DNA of 64,000 nucleotides from an uncultured bacterium (GTDB taxonomy: Bacteria; Krumholzibacteriota; Krumholzibacteriia; Krumholzibacteriales; WJIX01), in NCBI GenBank assembly GCA_964554125.1, contig CAZKNG010000003.1, positions 2,971 through 66,970 on the forward strand. Direction: 5' to 3'. The position numbers and the translations under genes were made by a program. Numbering within the stretch: position 1 is the first letter of the stretch; each line of letters starts with the position of its first letter. This document shows, one piece after another, positions 8,594 to 17,920 of this stretch. The notes beneath the pieces were generated by a model that saw nothing but the letters and a program-made list of their open reading frames with translations, searched no databases and was not told the origin of the DNA.

Positions 8594-9925
8594 ATGAATA
8601 TATTCTTTTTAACATCTGCAGCACCAAAGAGAGCTGGATTTGCCACATCGGAAAAAAGACCGCCTCTTGGCTTAGGATATCTTATGGCAACTCTCAAGAA
8701 AAAAAATCATAATCTATTTTTCAGCGATGAGTATTTAAGACCTTCAAATATTTTAGAAACAGATTTTTTAGAAAAAAATGATATAAATTTTGTTGGAATA
8801 TACTCAAATACTATATGTTATCCTTCTACTTTAAAAATGTTTGAAATTCTTAATGAGAAAAGGATAAACGAAGAATGGCATGGCAAAATAATGGTTGGCG
8901 GTCCGCATACATCAGTTGCTTATAATAAAATTCCGGAATATGTTGACTATATAGTAATTGGAGAAGGCGAAATTTCCGTTCCAAAGATAATTAATGGAGA
9001 AATTAAAGATAGAATTATCCATGGTGAAAAAGTTGAGGATATGGATGCTTTGCCTTTACCGGCATGGGAAGAATTTATTTACAGACCGTATGATTGGAGC
9101 TCTCCATGGTTTCCGGAAACATATCCAATATACACTTTAAATACAAGTCGTGGCTGCCCTTTTGATTGTACGTTTTGTTCTGTAAAAAAATTCTGGGGAA
9201 ACAAGTATAAATACATGAGTGCTCCCAGAATTGTAAATGATATTGAATATATGATAAAGACTTATGGTGCTAAAGGGATATATTTTAGAGAGGATCATTT
9301 TACATTAAATAAAAACAGGGTTGTGGAATTCTGCAACTTGCTTTTAAAGAAAAATATAAAAATTGATTGGTTTTGCGAATCGAGAGTTGACAATTTGAAT
9401 AACTTGGAATATCAGAAATTGATGTCCAAAGCAGGTTGCAGGGCTTTATACATAGGAGTTGAAAGTGGTAGCCCGAGAATGTTGGAATTTTATAAAAAGG
9501 GTGAAACTGTAGAACAATTTATAGAAAGTTTTAAAATATCAAAAAAAGCGGGAATAAAAACTTATGCAAGTTTTGTCGTGGGATTTCCTACTGAAACAGA
9601 AAAAGATATTAAATTAACAAACGAATTAATAGAAAGAATTAAGCCGGATTTTTATTCAAAGAATATTTTCCTCGGCATTCCCGGTAGCGAATTATACGAT
9701 TATTTAAAAGAAAATAAATTATATGAATATGAAGATAGTTCAGGAATTTTATATCCTAAAGGTTATTTAAAAAATGTAAAAAAATATTATAATAATAGTA
9801 GGTATTATAAAGTTTATGATAGAAATGGAAACAAAATAGATCCTAATAGAAGGAAACCGATATGGAAAAGGTCTTTTAGAAAAGAACTAAAAAGAGTATT
9901 TGGAAAAAGTTCAAAATGCATGTAG
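8594..9925 (+). CDS. B12-binding-domain radical SAM enzyme (class B rSAM)
   Basis: 443 aa. It has an N-terminal Rossmann-like cobalamin-binding region (…VGIYSNT…MVGGPHTS…) followed by a CxxxCxxC cluster (RGCPFDCTFCSV) and radical-SAM core motifs. Confidence 0.75.
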   Translation: MNIFFLTSAAPKRAGFATSEKRPPLGLGYLMATLKKKNHNLFFSDEYLRPSNILETDFLEKNDINFVGIYSNTICYPSTLKMFEILNEKRINEEWHGKIMVGGPHTSVAYNKIPEYVDYIVIGEGEISVPKIINGEIKDRIIHGEKVEDMDALPLPAWEEFIYRPYDWSSPWFPETYPIYTLNTSRGCPFDCTFCSVKKFWGNKYKYMSAPRIVNDIEYMIKTYGAKGIYFREDHFTLNKNRVVEFCNLLLKKNIKIDWFCESRVDNLNNLEYQKLMSKAGCRALYIGVESGSPRMLEFYKKGETVEQFIESFKISKKAGIKTYASFVVGFPTETEKDIKLTNELIERIKPDFYSKNIFLGIPGSELYDYLKENKLYEYEDSSGILYPKGYLKNVKKYYNNSRYYKVYDRNGNKIDPNRRKPIWKRSFRKELKRVFGKSSKCM

Positions 9926-10914
9926 ATGGTAATAATATTGATATTAGCGTTATAATGCCTGTTTATAACGCTCAAAAACACTTGAATGATGCAATAAATA
10001 GCATATTGTCCCAGACTTTAAATAATTTTGAGTTTATAATAATTGACGATTTCTCTACTGATTCAACCAAAGAAATAATTAATTGTTTTTTAAAAAAAGA
10101 TTCCAGAATCAGATATATAGAAAATGAAGAACAATTAGGTGTTACCAGGAGTTTGAATATTGGTATAGAGTTGGCAAAAGGAAAATATATCGCAAGGATG
10201 GATACAGATGACATTAGTTTGCCTGAAAGATTTATAAAACAGTTTGATTTTATGGAAAAAAATCCTGATGTAGGTGTATGCGGGTCTTATTATGAAATAT
10301 TTGGATCTAGAGAGAAAATTTTAAAAAATCCAGTTAATCATGATAAAATAAGAACCAGGTTATTTTTTAAACCATGTATTGGGCATCCAACAGTAATGAT
10401 GAGGTCTGAAATATTAAAGAAAGTAAAATATAATGAGAAATTCACTTCTGCACAAGATTATGATTTATGGGCTAGATTAGGAGAGATCACAAAGTTGTAT
10501 AATTATCCTGAAATCCTGCTTAAATATAGAAGTCACGATAAACAAATAAGCACGAAATCTAATACCCTCCAGACAAATATGGCTAATGAAGTGAGAAAAT
10601 ATTACCTGGAGAAACTGAATATTTCTCCTAATCAGAAGGAGTTGCTGGCATATAACTTCTTGTGCGACAATGAATATGATAAAGTAGATTTGAATAGCTT
10701 AGAGAGTTTTTTTTATGAAGTAATTTTAAAAAATAGAGAAATAATTTATTTTCCTATAAAAGAATTTGAGAAAATGATTATTTTGAAGTATTGGAGAGTG
10801 TGTAAAGAAAAAGGGGGGGAAGGAGTTAAAAGCTTTAGAAATAGTAAGTTATCAAATAATATACCATATCCTTTTTCAATATATATAAAATCACTTCTAT
10901 ATTCGATATTTTAA
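9916..10914 (+). CDS. Glycosyltransferase family 2
   Basis: 332 aa with the motifs ISVIMPVYNAQKHL…, FEFIIIDDFSTDST and ARMDTDDIS. It overlaps the upstream rSAM gene by 10 bp, which suggests translational coupling. Confidence 0.75.
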   Translation: MHVDGNNIDISVIMPVYNAQKHLNDAINSILSQTLNNFEFIIIDDFSTDSTKEIINCFLKKDSRIRYIENEEQLGVTRSLNIGIELAKGKYIARMDTDDISLPERFIKQFDFMEKNPDVGVCGSYYEIFGSREKILKNPVNHDKIRTRLFFKPCIGHPTVMMRSEILKKVKYNEKFTSAQDYDLWARLGEITKLYNYPEILLKYRSHDKQISTKSNTLQTNMANEVRKYYLEKLNISPNQKELLAYNFLCDNEYDKVDLNSLESFFYEVILKNREIIYFPIKEFEKMIILKYWRVCKEKGGEGVKSFRNSKLSNNIPYPFSIYIKSLLYSIF

Positions 10915-11114
10915 AGGGATTTGCTCTTTATGTGTTTGGCAAATTCAACCAATAATTGCAATTGAGTCATTATGCGGCCTTCCTTGAACAATATCCATTG
11001 AAAATCTCATCAGTTGGTTCATAATAAAGACGGCTGACCTTTTTCTCTTTAACCTTTTTTAAATTGCACTTGTTATTTGAAATCAAAAATTTAAAAATTC
11101 AGATTTTATCCGTA

Positions 11115-11148
11115 TAAAAAAGGGGATCCCTTATTGAGGACCCCCTTC
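11115..11148 (-). terminator. Rho-independent terminator downstream of the porin gene
   Basis: The minus strand reads GGAAGGGGGTCC…GGATCCCCTT followed by TTTTTTATACGG. Confidence 0.55.
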
Positions 11149-11178
11149 CTTCGAACTGTTTCCCGGCAGCAGATCTTC

Positions 11179-12447
11179 CTATCTTATTGCCGCTTTAAGC
11201 GCAAACTGCACCCGGAAGCAGTCATATTCATCAGAGTCTGTTGTGGTAGTTACTCCTCCGCTGTTTTCTCTTGTAGTCCACTTTGTCTTCAGATATGAAA
11301 ATTCTAACATACCTGTAATATTATCTGTTATCCCGTACATCGCGTTCGCGAAGATAAGGGAGTTCATATCGCGGAATCCTGTGCTCCCGCCTTTCGGAAG
11401 ATCATATTCATCTTCGTCCGGGTCGTCGAAAGAATAACCTGTGTTAAAAGTCAACCTGGAAGAGGGCTTCACTGAAAGCATCCCCCATCCACCCATTGTG
11501 GGAAGCGGCTCATATATATCGTCTGTGTTCTGAAGGGCGCCTCCGAAATAAGTCTTAAGCGCCTGACCTATAAAGTATTCACCCTTGATCGATATATGTT
11601 TGTTGAATCTGAGCTCTAAATCACCGTTAAATGACCATGAATCGATACTTTCTTCCGTGACTTTTTCCGGTGAAGCTGTCTCATCTGTTCTATTATATTT
11701 CTCCTGTCCGTAATGACCGGATACTCCGAGTGAGAGCTTTCCTTCTTCAGAGAATTCAGATGCGATTCCAACCCTTCCCTGTACTGCGGGCATTGCTGCG
11801 TCGGCGCCGTTGTCAACACCGTCTCCAGCGTTTACATTTATAGTGTCGTTGTAACCAATGCTGAAATCTCCGCCCATATTTCTGGTAACGGCAAGATCCA
11901 GCAAAACCTCAGCTCCTCCGTTAATATCTGTCCATGTAGAGAATCTCACCTGGGGTCTTCTGTATCCGATATTCCCTTCGCCCCATGCCACACTGTAATT
12001 TACTGTCTTCGGCACCAGAGGGGAGATGACATCCCAGGTCTGACCCGCGAGAACAGACCATTTCTTACCTGCCATCTTGAAATAGGCGTGTCTCAGCATA
12101 GGGGTTGCCTTATTCTCAGCGCTTGCCCCGCCTCCGTAGAAATCGAATTCCAGGGTAGCCTGTGTTTTTACACATTCTTCATTCCAGAAAAAGTCGAAAC
12201 CCAACCTGCTCTCCCTGGTACTGAAATAGAGGGCGTTGTCAGCTTCATCATATCTCGGAACGTAGATATGAAAATTACCCGGATAGATCCGGGCGTTGTC
12301 ATAGGCAATGTCGGATTTGAAGTAGCCGTGGAATTTGAATTGATATTTTCCGCATTTCTTAGCGCACTCCCCGCCGCTGACATCCAGCGCAGGAAGGGAC
12401 AAAGCGAAAACGGCTATAAGTAAATAGAGTGTTATTTTATTCCTCAT
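11179..12447 (-). CDS. Outer-membrane beta-barrel protein / putative porin
   Basis: 422 aa. It has a signal peptide (MRNKITLYLLIAVFALSLPALDVSG), alternating amphipathic beta-strand patterns, and an AGGAG RBS. Confidence 0.55.
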   Translation of the reverse strand: MRNKITLYLLIAVFALSLPALDVSGGECAKKCGKYQFKFHGYFKSDIAYDNARIYPGNFHIYVPRYDEADNALYFSTRESRLGFDFFWNEECVKTQATLEFDFYGGGASAENKATPMLRHAYFKMAGKKWSVLAGQTWDVISPLVPKTVNYSVAWGEGNIGYRRPQVRFSTWTDINGGAEVLLDLAVTRNMGGDFSIGYNDTINVNAGDGVDNGADAAMPAVQGRVGIASEFSEEGKLSLGVSGHYGQEKYNRTDETASPEKVTEESIDSWSFNGDLELRFNKHISIKGEYFIGQALKTYFGGALQNTDDIYEPLPTMGGWGMLSVKPSSRLTFNTGYSFDDPDEDEYDLPKGGSTGFRDMNSLIFANAMYGITDNITGMLEFSYLKTKWTTRENSGGVTTTTDSDEYDCFRVQFALKAAIR

Positions 12448-12574
12448 ACTTCTCCTCTCTTTCCGGCAGCTTTAAAACCATCCCCCCGCCTTCGGGGCGC
12501 GATTCAAGAAAGCTGCGCGTAGATAAGTTTTCAGGGTCATAACAAGACCCTGAACAAATAGATTACTTTCCTGT

Positions 12575-12603
12575 TATTTAGAGGATTCAATCCTCTCTGT
12601 CAA
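12575..12603 (-). promoter_or_regulatory. Sigma-70-type promoter of the porin gene with a palindromic operator in the spacer
   Basis: The minus strand reads TTGACA-gaGAGGATTgAATCCTC-TAAATA. The 17-nt spacer is almost entirely a perfect 7-1-7 palindrome, GAGGATT-G-AATCCTC. It is followed in the 5' UTR by a 9-bp perfect hairpin TTCAGGGTC-N7-GACCCTGAA (12530-12554). Confidence 0.5.
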
Positions 12604-12691
12604 CTTTTATTTTAGCGGGTTCTTTCAGCAGATATCTTTTGCGGAACACACCTTATTTCCACCGCTCTCTCTGAAAAGATTAAAAACCCGG

Positions 12692-14302
12692 TTAAAACTT
12701 TTCATCATATTTTGTCCAGAGCATGTCACCTAATTCCCAGGCTTTTTTCACAACACTTCCACCCTGCCGGAGTGTGTAGTCTGTTAAAAACTCCCGCCTT
12801 CTTCTCTTATTCTTAATCATAAGAGCTTCTTTCTCGAACTCCAGCTGATCTGCAAACAACTTCTTCTGAACAGGATCCCAGCAGTTTCGAACGTCATGGC
12901 GCATATCTCCCCAGCGCTGGGCCGCGAGTGTTCCAAGACGGTTAAAAGCCCACCATGCTGATTTTCTTGTATATCCATCAGGTCTTCCCGGAGTCTTATA
13001 CGACTCCGGAAGATCTTCAACCCCGCAATAAACGGGGATATAGACCGAAGTCGCTATATTATCCATCGCGAGCCAGACGACCCCTCCGATATCGTCAGGC
13101 AGCCACTCTCTTGACTGTATAATCGTACCGTACATCGTGTACCACCGCGCGATTGTCCGTTCTCCCAGAAATCTTATATCTCCGTCATCGGATACTTGAA
13201 ACCAGCTTCCAGGTATGTCATCTATTTTCAGCTGATCATAGGGCAGGAATGGATTTGCCAGCGGAGATACTACCTCTTTACCATCTTCGTCTTTTACCGT
13301 TATCTTCCGGGTCATATCGTACGGTGTACCTTCATAATAATCCTTAAAAACATCGATCAGATCCTGAACGGAAACCTTCTCGTCAGGCTTAACGGAAAAT
13401 GGATAGTTCTCCGAGGTGGGACTTAGATTCAGTGAAGGAGCGAGCATATCAAATACCCTCCACTCTCTTCTTCTGCCCGCGATAGATTTTCTGCTGTCGG
13501 GAGCATACACGTAGCAGAACTCGAAAGTTTCCCCCTTCTCCCACCAGCCGTTCTCCTCAGCCACACTGTAGATATTATCAGACGCCATGAAGTGATCGGA
13601 ATCTTCAAGGTCCAGCCCCCTTATCCGGCTGGCATTGGCATTTACAGAAATATGATCGTCGGGAACCCTCTGTGCGGCCCACACAGCTCCGACCTTCCCC
13701 TTTCCCGGTCCTACTATCTCAAAATGCCATACCTCTTTCTTATCTGATATAGTCAGACATTCGCCAGCGTCATTCCAGCCGTATTTACTCGTTAATTCAT
13801 CCGCTATCCTTATAGCTTCACGGGCGCTGGAAGCCCTCTGCAGCATCAACTTGCAAAGCCTCTGACAGTCAATCAGGCAACTATCTGACTGCAGTTCGTC
13901 TCTACCGCCGAATGTGGATTCGCCGATGGCCAGCTGCTTCTCATTTATACACGGATACGCGGTATTGAGATAACCGTATGTCTTTTCAATCTGTGGGATA
14001 CTTCCTATCGGAATATGCTTGTATGCCGGCATAGCCAGCGAATCGTCCGACTCCCTCCTGTACATAGTTACCTTTTCATTCCGGCCGTGCCTCTCTGCCG
14101 GCCTTACATCGATCCAGGAACGGGTTCTGTGGCTGTCGTCGGTGTGTGAAGTGATAACAGACCCGTCCACCGTGGCATCCCTGCCGGCTGTAATAGAGGT
14201 GCAGCCCTCCGGCACTCCTCCCTCCCAATCACTCTTATCCCGCGAAAATAACACCACGGGTATCAATAAAAAGATAAAAATAACAGATATTCTCTTTCGC
14301 AT
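12692..14302 (-). CDS. Secreted C69-family dipeptidase (Ntn hydrolase with Cys nucleophile)
   Basis: 536 aa. A signal peptide is followed by …GCTSITAGRDATVDGSVITSHTDD…, which matches the peptidase C69 N-terminal catalytic Cys context. Confidence 0.65.
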   Translation of the reverse strand: MRKRISVIFIFLLIPVVLFSRDKSDWEGGVPEGCTSITAGRDATVDGSVITSHTDDSHRTRSWIDVRPAERHGRNEKVTMYRRESDDSLAMPAYKHIPIGSIPQIEKTYGYLNTAYPCINEKQLAIGESTFGGRDELQSDSCLIDCQRLCKLMLQRASSAREAIRIADELTSKYGWNDAGECLTISDKKEVWHFEIVGPGKGKVGAVWAAQRVPDDHISVNANASRIRGLDLEDSDHFMASDNIYSVAEENGWWEKGETFEFCYVYAPDSRKSIAGRRREWRVFDMLAPSLNLSPTSENYPFSVKPDEKVSVQDLIDVFKDYYEGTPYDMTRKITVKDEDGKEVVSPLANPFLPYDQLKIDDIPGSWFQVSDDGDIRFLGERTIARWYTMYGTIIQSREWLPDDIGGVVWLAMDNIATSVYIPVYCGVEDLPESYKTPGRPDGYTRKSAWWAFNRLGTLAAQRWGDMRHDVRNCWDPVQKKLFADQLEFEKEALMIKNKRRRREFLTDYTLRQGGSVVKKAWELGDMLWTKYDEKF

Positions 14303-14478
14303 TGCAATCTCCTTATTTAAACCTGAACCTGATATTCCGATCGATTTATGTTCATCCGTAGGATACTAATATTTAATGTGGTAACCTGTCAAAGGATAAA
14401 GGGGTTGGAACTTCTTGCAATTTCACCTGCAGTTTTTATTTCCGGAGTGGTCCCCGGGCCATTCAAAGTGGCGCTGAT

Positions 14479-15414
14479 TTAATAACCTTTTGCAGTATCA
14501 ATGAAGAACTCACTCCTTTGATTCTTTTGAAGTGATTCAAAAACATCTTTGAAACTTACCTCGATGTCACAGGTGTCGGTGAGAGCAGCCTGATGAGGTG
14601 TAATATAAACACTGTCATTCATCCATAGCCTGGATGAAGCCGGCAGGGGCTCTGAGCTGAAGACATCTAATGTCGCTCTGGATATATATCCTTTTTCTAT
14701 AGAATCTAAAATCGTTTTCTCCTCGACCAGCCCGCCTCTTCCGACATTTATAAAATGAAGATTCTTAAAATTCGAGAAGAATTTTCCGCTTAGCATATTC
14801 TCGTTCTTACCCGCGGCCGGCAATGTGGATATCAGAATATCTATCTCCGGAGGTTCTGCAAGGAAATCACAGGCAGGATATACTTCCACAAAACAGGGGG
14901 TCTCTCTTCCGTCCGTATTGACACCGAGAAGCTCAAAACCAAATCCTGAAAGAAGCCTCGCCACTTCGCGACCCATATTTCCCGTTCCAAGTACAGCTAT
15001 TCTATTCTTATTATCTTTCTCATTAACTACCTTTCGCCAGACTCCGGATTTCTGCTGCTTGTAAAGCTCATATAAATTCTGCTTTTCTGCAAGAATATGA
15101 GCCAGGCAGTACTCCGCCATTTTTCTTCCCATATTTCCCACAGTCCGTGATATTATTATATCTTCATTCAGATCATCCCTTTCAAGAAAGGCGTCCGCTC
15201 CGGCGCCGAAAGAGTGGATCCATAAAATATGGGAGATATCGAGGTTTCGGGGCAAAGTGAATGCCGTAAGGGCATTATACTCATTCAGTGTTTCCTGATC
15301 GATACTCTCAAAATAATCTATACAGATATTTTCCGCTTCAGCATATTCTTTTATCCGTTCATGAAAATCCCGGGCGAGTCTTCCGGAAGTTATTATTCTG
15401 TATTTATCTGTCAT
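14479..15414 (-). CDS. D-isomer-specific 2-hydroxyacid dehydrogenase (glyoxylate/hydroxypyruvate reductase-like)
   Basis: 311 aa. It has the NAD-binding motif AVLGTGNMGREVARLL and a catalytic-domain PHQAALT motif. Confidence 0.7.
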   Translation of the reverse strand: MTDKYRIITSGRLARDFHERIKEYAEAENICIDYFESIDQETLNEYNALTAFTLPRNLDISHILWIHSFGAGADAFLERDDLNEDIIISRTVGNMGRKMAEYCLAHILAEKQNLYELYKQQKSGVWRKVVNEKDNKNRIAVLGTGNMGREVARLLSGFGFELLGVNTDGRETPCFVEVYPACDFLAEPPEIDILISTLPAAGKNENMLSGKFFSNFKNLHFINVGRGGLVEEKTILDSIEKGYISRATLDVFSSEPLPASSRLWMNDSVYITPHQAALTDTCDIEVSFKDVFESLQKNQRSEFFIDTAKGY

Positions 15415-15550
15415 GTTGCATCATACCTCAATAAACAGTATGCTTATTCCCGCTTGATATTACCACATCACAAAGAAAGAGAGAAGAAATCATCTGCTTT
15501 GAAAGCCCCCCAAGCAATTTCTCAGTTATCATCTTAAAACACCATATCTT

Positions 15551-16711
15551 CTAACGAATTTCGTACCTGGCAAGGTAGCCTCGCAGCCCGCCGCTGTTAA
15601 TCTCTTTCTTCCAGGATGCTTTGAGAAAAACACTTTTAAGGAGATTTTTTCTGCCGAGATATATATAGGCAACAGCCCCGCCGCACCGTTCCTTCAGGAA
15701 AGTTACAAATTCATCGAGCAGAGCTTTTGCTCCTCCGGTATCACCGGAGCGTATTCCGTACGGAGGGTTACATATAATAACAGTTTTCTCAAGTGAATCT
15801 ATGCTTTGAAAAGGCCTGCAGGTTATATCAACATCCCCCCCTCCGGGAAGGCGTTTAAGATTATTCCCAGCTGCCCTCGCAGCATCTTCAGATAAATCAC
15901 TTCCGGCTATCAGCCCCTCCGGAAGCGTTCTAATCTGCTTTTCATAATCCTTTTTAACCATTTCCCAGATTTCTTCATCAAAATCGGGTAACTGCTCAAA
16001 TCCAAACTTACACCTGAGATAACCCGCAGGAATACGGCAAGCGTACATATATGCTTCGGCCAGCAGTGTTCCTGAACCGCACATTGGATCGTACAGCCGC
16101 CTCTGGCCGCTCCACCCGCTGAACTTTATTATTGCGGCAGCTACTGTTTCCTGCATTGGAGCACTGACCGAATCGAGTCGATACCCCCTTCTGTGGAGTG
16201 AACCGCCTGAAGTGTCAACACTGATGGTAGCCTTGTTATTGTGAACATATAAATTCAGCCATAGATCCGGATCTTTAGGATCAACATCGGGCCTCCGGCC
16301 GCTTATCTCGCGAAAATAATCAACGACTGCGTCTTTGAGCCGCCGCTCAGCGTATTGAGAGTGGCGTATACGGCTTTTCGAGACATTAGCCTTTACGGCA
16401 AAGGTATCGTCAAGAGATAGCAGCCTTTTCCACGGCAGAGATTTAGCCGTTTTATATAGATATTTCTCGCTGTGGCAGTCAAATGTCAGGATCGGCGCGA
16501 GCACGTGCGACGCAAATCTTGAAGTGTAGTTTACCCGGTATAGCGTTTCATGATCGGCTGTGAAATATATTCCACGGTAGGTTGTCCTGACATCAGAGGC
16601 ACCGAGCTTTGATATCTCTTCAGCTTCCAGTTTCTCCAATCCACTGGAGATTTGCGCGAAATATCTATTAGTTTTCTGGTACGCGAACCTATCATCTAAT
16701 GAACGTTTCAT
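15551..16711 (-). CDS. THUMP-domain class I SAM-dependent RNA methyltransferase (RlmL/RlmK-like)
   Basis: 386 aa. It has the DPMCGSGTLL SAM-binding motif and the NPPYG (N-methyl) motif, with an N-terminal THUMP-like region. Confidence 0.7.
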   Translation of the reverse strand: MKRSLDDRFAYQKTNRYFAQISSGLEKLEAEEISKLGASDVRTTYRGIYFTADHETLYRVNYTSRFASHVLAPILTFDCHSEKYLYKTAKSLPWKRLLSLDDTFAVKANVSKSRIRHSQYAERRLKDAVVDYFREISGRRPDVDPKDPDLWLNLYVHNNKATISVDTSGGSLHRRGYRLDSVSAPMQETVAAAIIKFSGWSGQRRLYDPMCGSGTLLAEAYMYACRIPAGYLRCKFGFEQLPDFDEEIWEMVKKDYEKQIRTLPEGLIAGSDLSEDAARAAGNNLKRLPGGGDVDITCRPFQSIDSLEKTVIICNPPYGIRSGDTGGAKALLDEFVTFLKERCGGAVAYIYLGRKNLLKSVFLKASWKKEINSGGLRGYLARYEIR

Positions 16712-16772
16712 CTTTTCTTGCTTGATATAGCATACCCCTTTTTCGAATATCTTAAGCTTAAATAAGTACTTA

Positions 16773-17789
16773 CTATTCTATAAACTCGTTGCCCACTTTA
16801 CGCGCGCGCTCAGGTTTATCTAAATTAATATCCAGCGCTAACCCTATTTCAACAAGCAGGTTCCATCCAGCGGTCAGAAATATGTATGGATTCATATTTC
16901 CTCCTTCCGGAACACGTATAGTTGTAAACGGGGTATCTCTATCCGCGATCGCGATGACTGTCAGTCCAACACCTTCAACCAGGACTTCCTGAAATTTCTC
17001 TATTTCCTCCTCGATTGGATCTATTACAAACACAATATCATTACTTTCCATGACCTCTTCGATACCGTGTACCGCGTAGGTGCCTTCGAGAAAGTCAGAT
17101 TTCTTCCTTGTGATTTCATTCGTTTTCAGAGTAAGTTCTTCAGCTACACCGTCATCATAGCCCGCGAAATAAATTGTCGGCGCCTTTGCGGCTTTTTCAA
17201 CGATACCGGGTTTTATACGCATGGTAAGTGTTTTTTTGATCTTGCCTGCCAGCTCTTTAAGATCGACTGAATTACTATTACCGGCAATATGCCATAATAT
17301 CGATTCGTAAAAAAGAGCCTGTTCGACTACACTCTTTGTAGCCGCTACCGCCTGCTCCCATCCGCAATTTAAAACAAAGGTTTCATTACATGCCTCTTCG
17401 AGAAGTGTTCCCTCGTTGGCGGTAAGAGCAAAACGGAATTCATTGCCTTCATCTGCCAGTTTCTTGGCCAGTAAAACAACCTCCTTGGTCCTCCCCGAGT
17501 TTGAAGCGCAGAAAACCGCGAATTCAGACAGATCGTACTGCGCAGACTGACGTGATCCGTCTGTTGATATTGAAAGATCGAGTCCCATTTTCAACCCCTT
17601 GCGTATCGCATTTTTTGCGGGGTAGATTCTACTTGAACCTTCACCTGTAAGCATAAGCCTGCCAGCATTTTGTATCTTGCAGGCAACCTCTTTCGTCTGG
17701 TCCGGATCAAAGTTCTCAACAACGCTTACAGTATCGATCATCTCCCTTGCTAAAGCGTATTTTGAATACTTCTCCTCTTCTATATTCAT
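16773..17789 (-). CDS. Double SIS-domain sugar-phosphate isomerase/aminotransferase-like protein (GlmS isomerase-domain-like, AgaS/NagB-II-like)
   Basis: 338 aa with two SIS repeats (…LMLTGEGSS…; …FVIDPIEEE…) and no glutaminase domain. Confidence 0.55.
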   Translation of the reverse strand: MNIEEEKYSKYALAREMIDTVSVVENFDPDQTKEVACKIQNAGRLMLTGEGSSRIYPAKNAIRKGLKMGLDLSISTDGSRQSAQYDLSEFAVFCASNSGRTKEVVLLAKKLADEGNEFRFALTANEGTLLEEACNETFVLNCGWEQAVAATKSVVEQALFYESILWHIAGNSNSVDLKELAGKIKKTLTMRIKPGIVEKAAKAPTIYFAGYDDGVAEELTLKTNEITRKKSDFLEGTYAVHGIEEVMESNDIVFVIDPIEEEIEKFQEVLVEGVGLTVIAIADRDTPFTTIRVPEGGNMNPYIFLTAGWNLLVEIGLALDINLDKPERARKVGNEFIE

Positions 17790-17920
17790 TCAATGCTCCT
17801 TCCGAAAAAAAAAAGAATAGAAAAACTCCGGCCGGGATCTATCTTTAAATCCCGATACTGAATCTCAAGTTACATTTATTAATATAGAACAACAGTTATA
17901 ACTTGCCGTTATATCATTTG

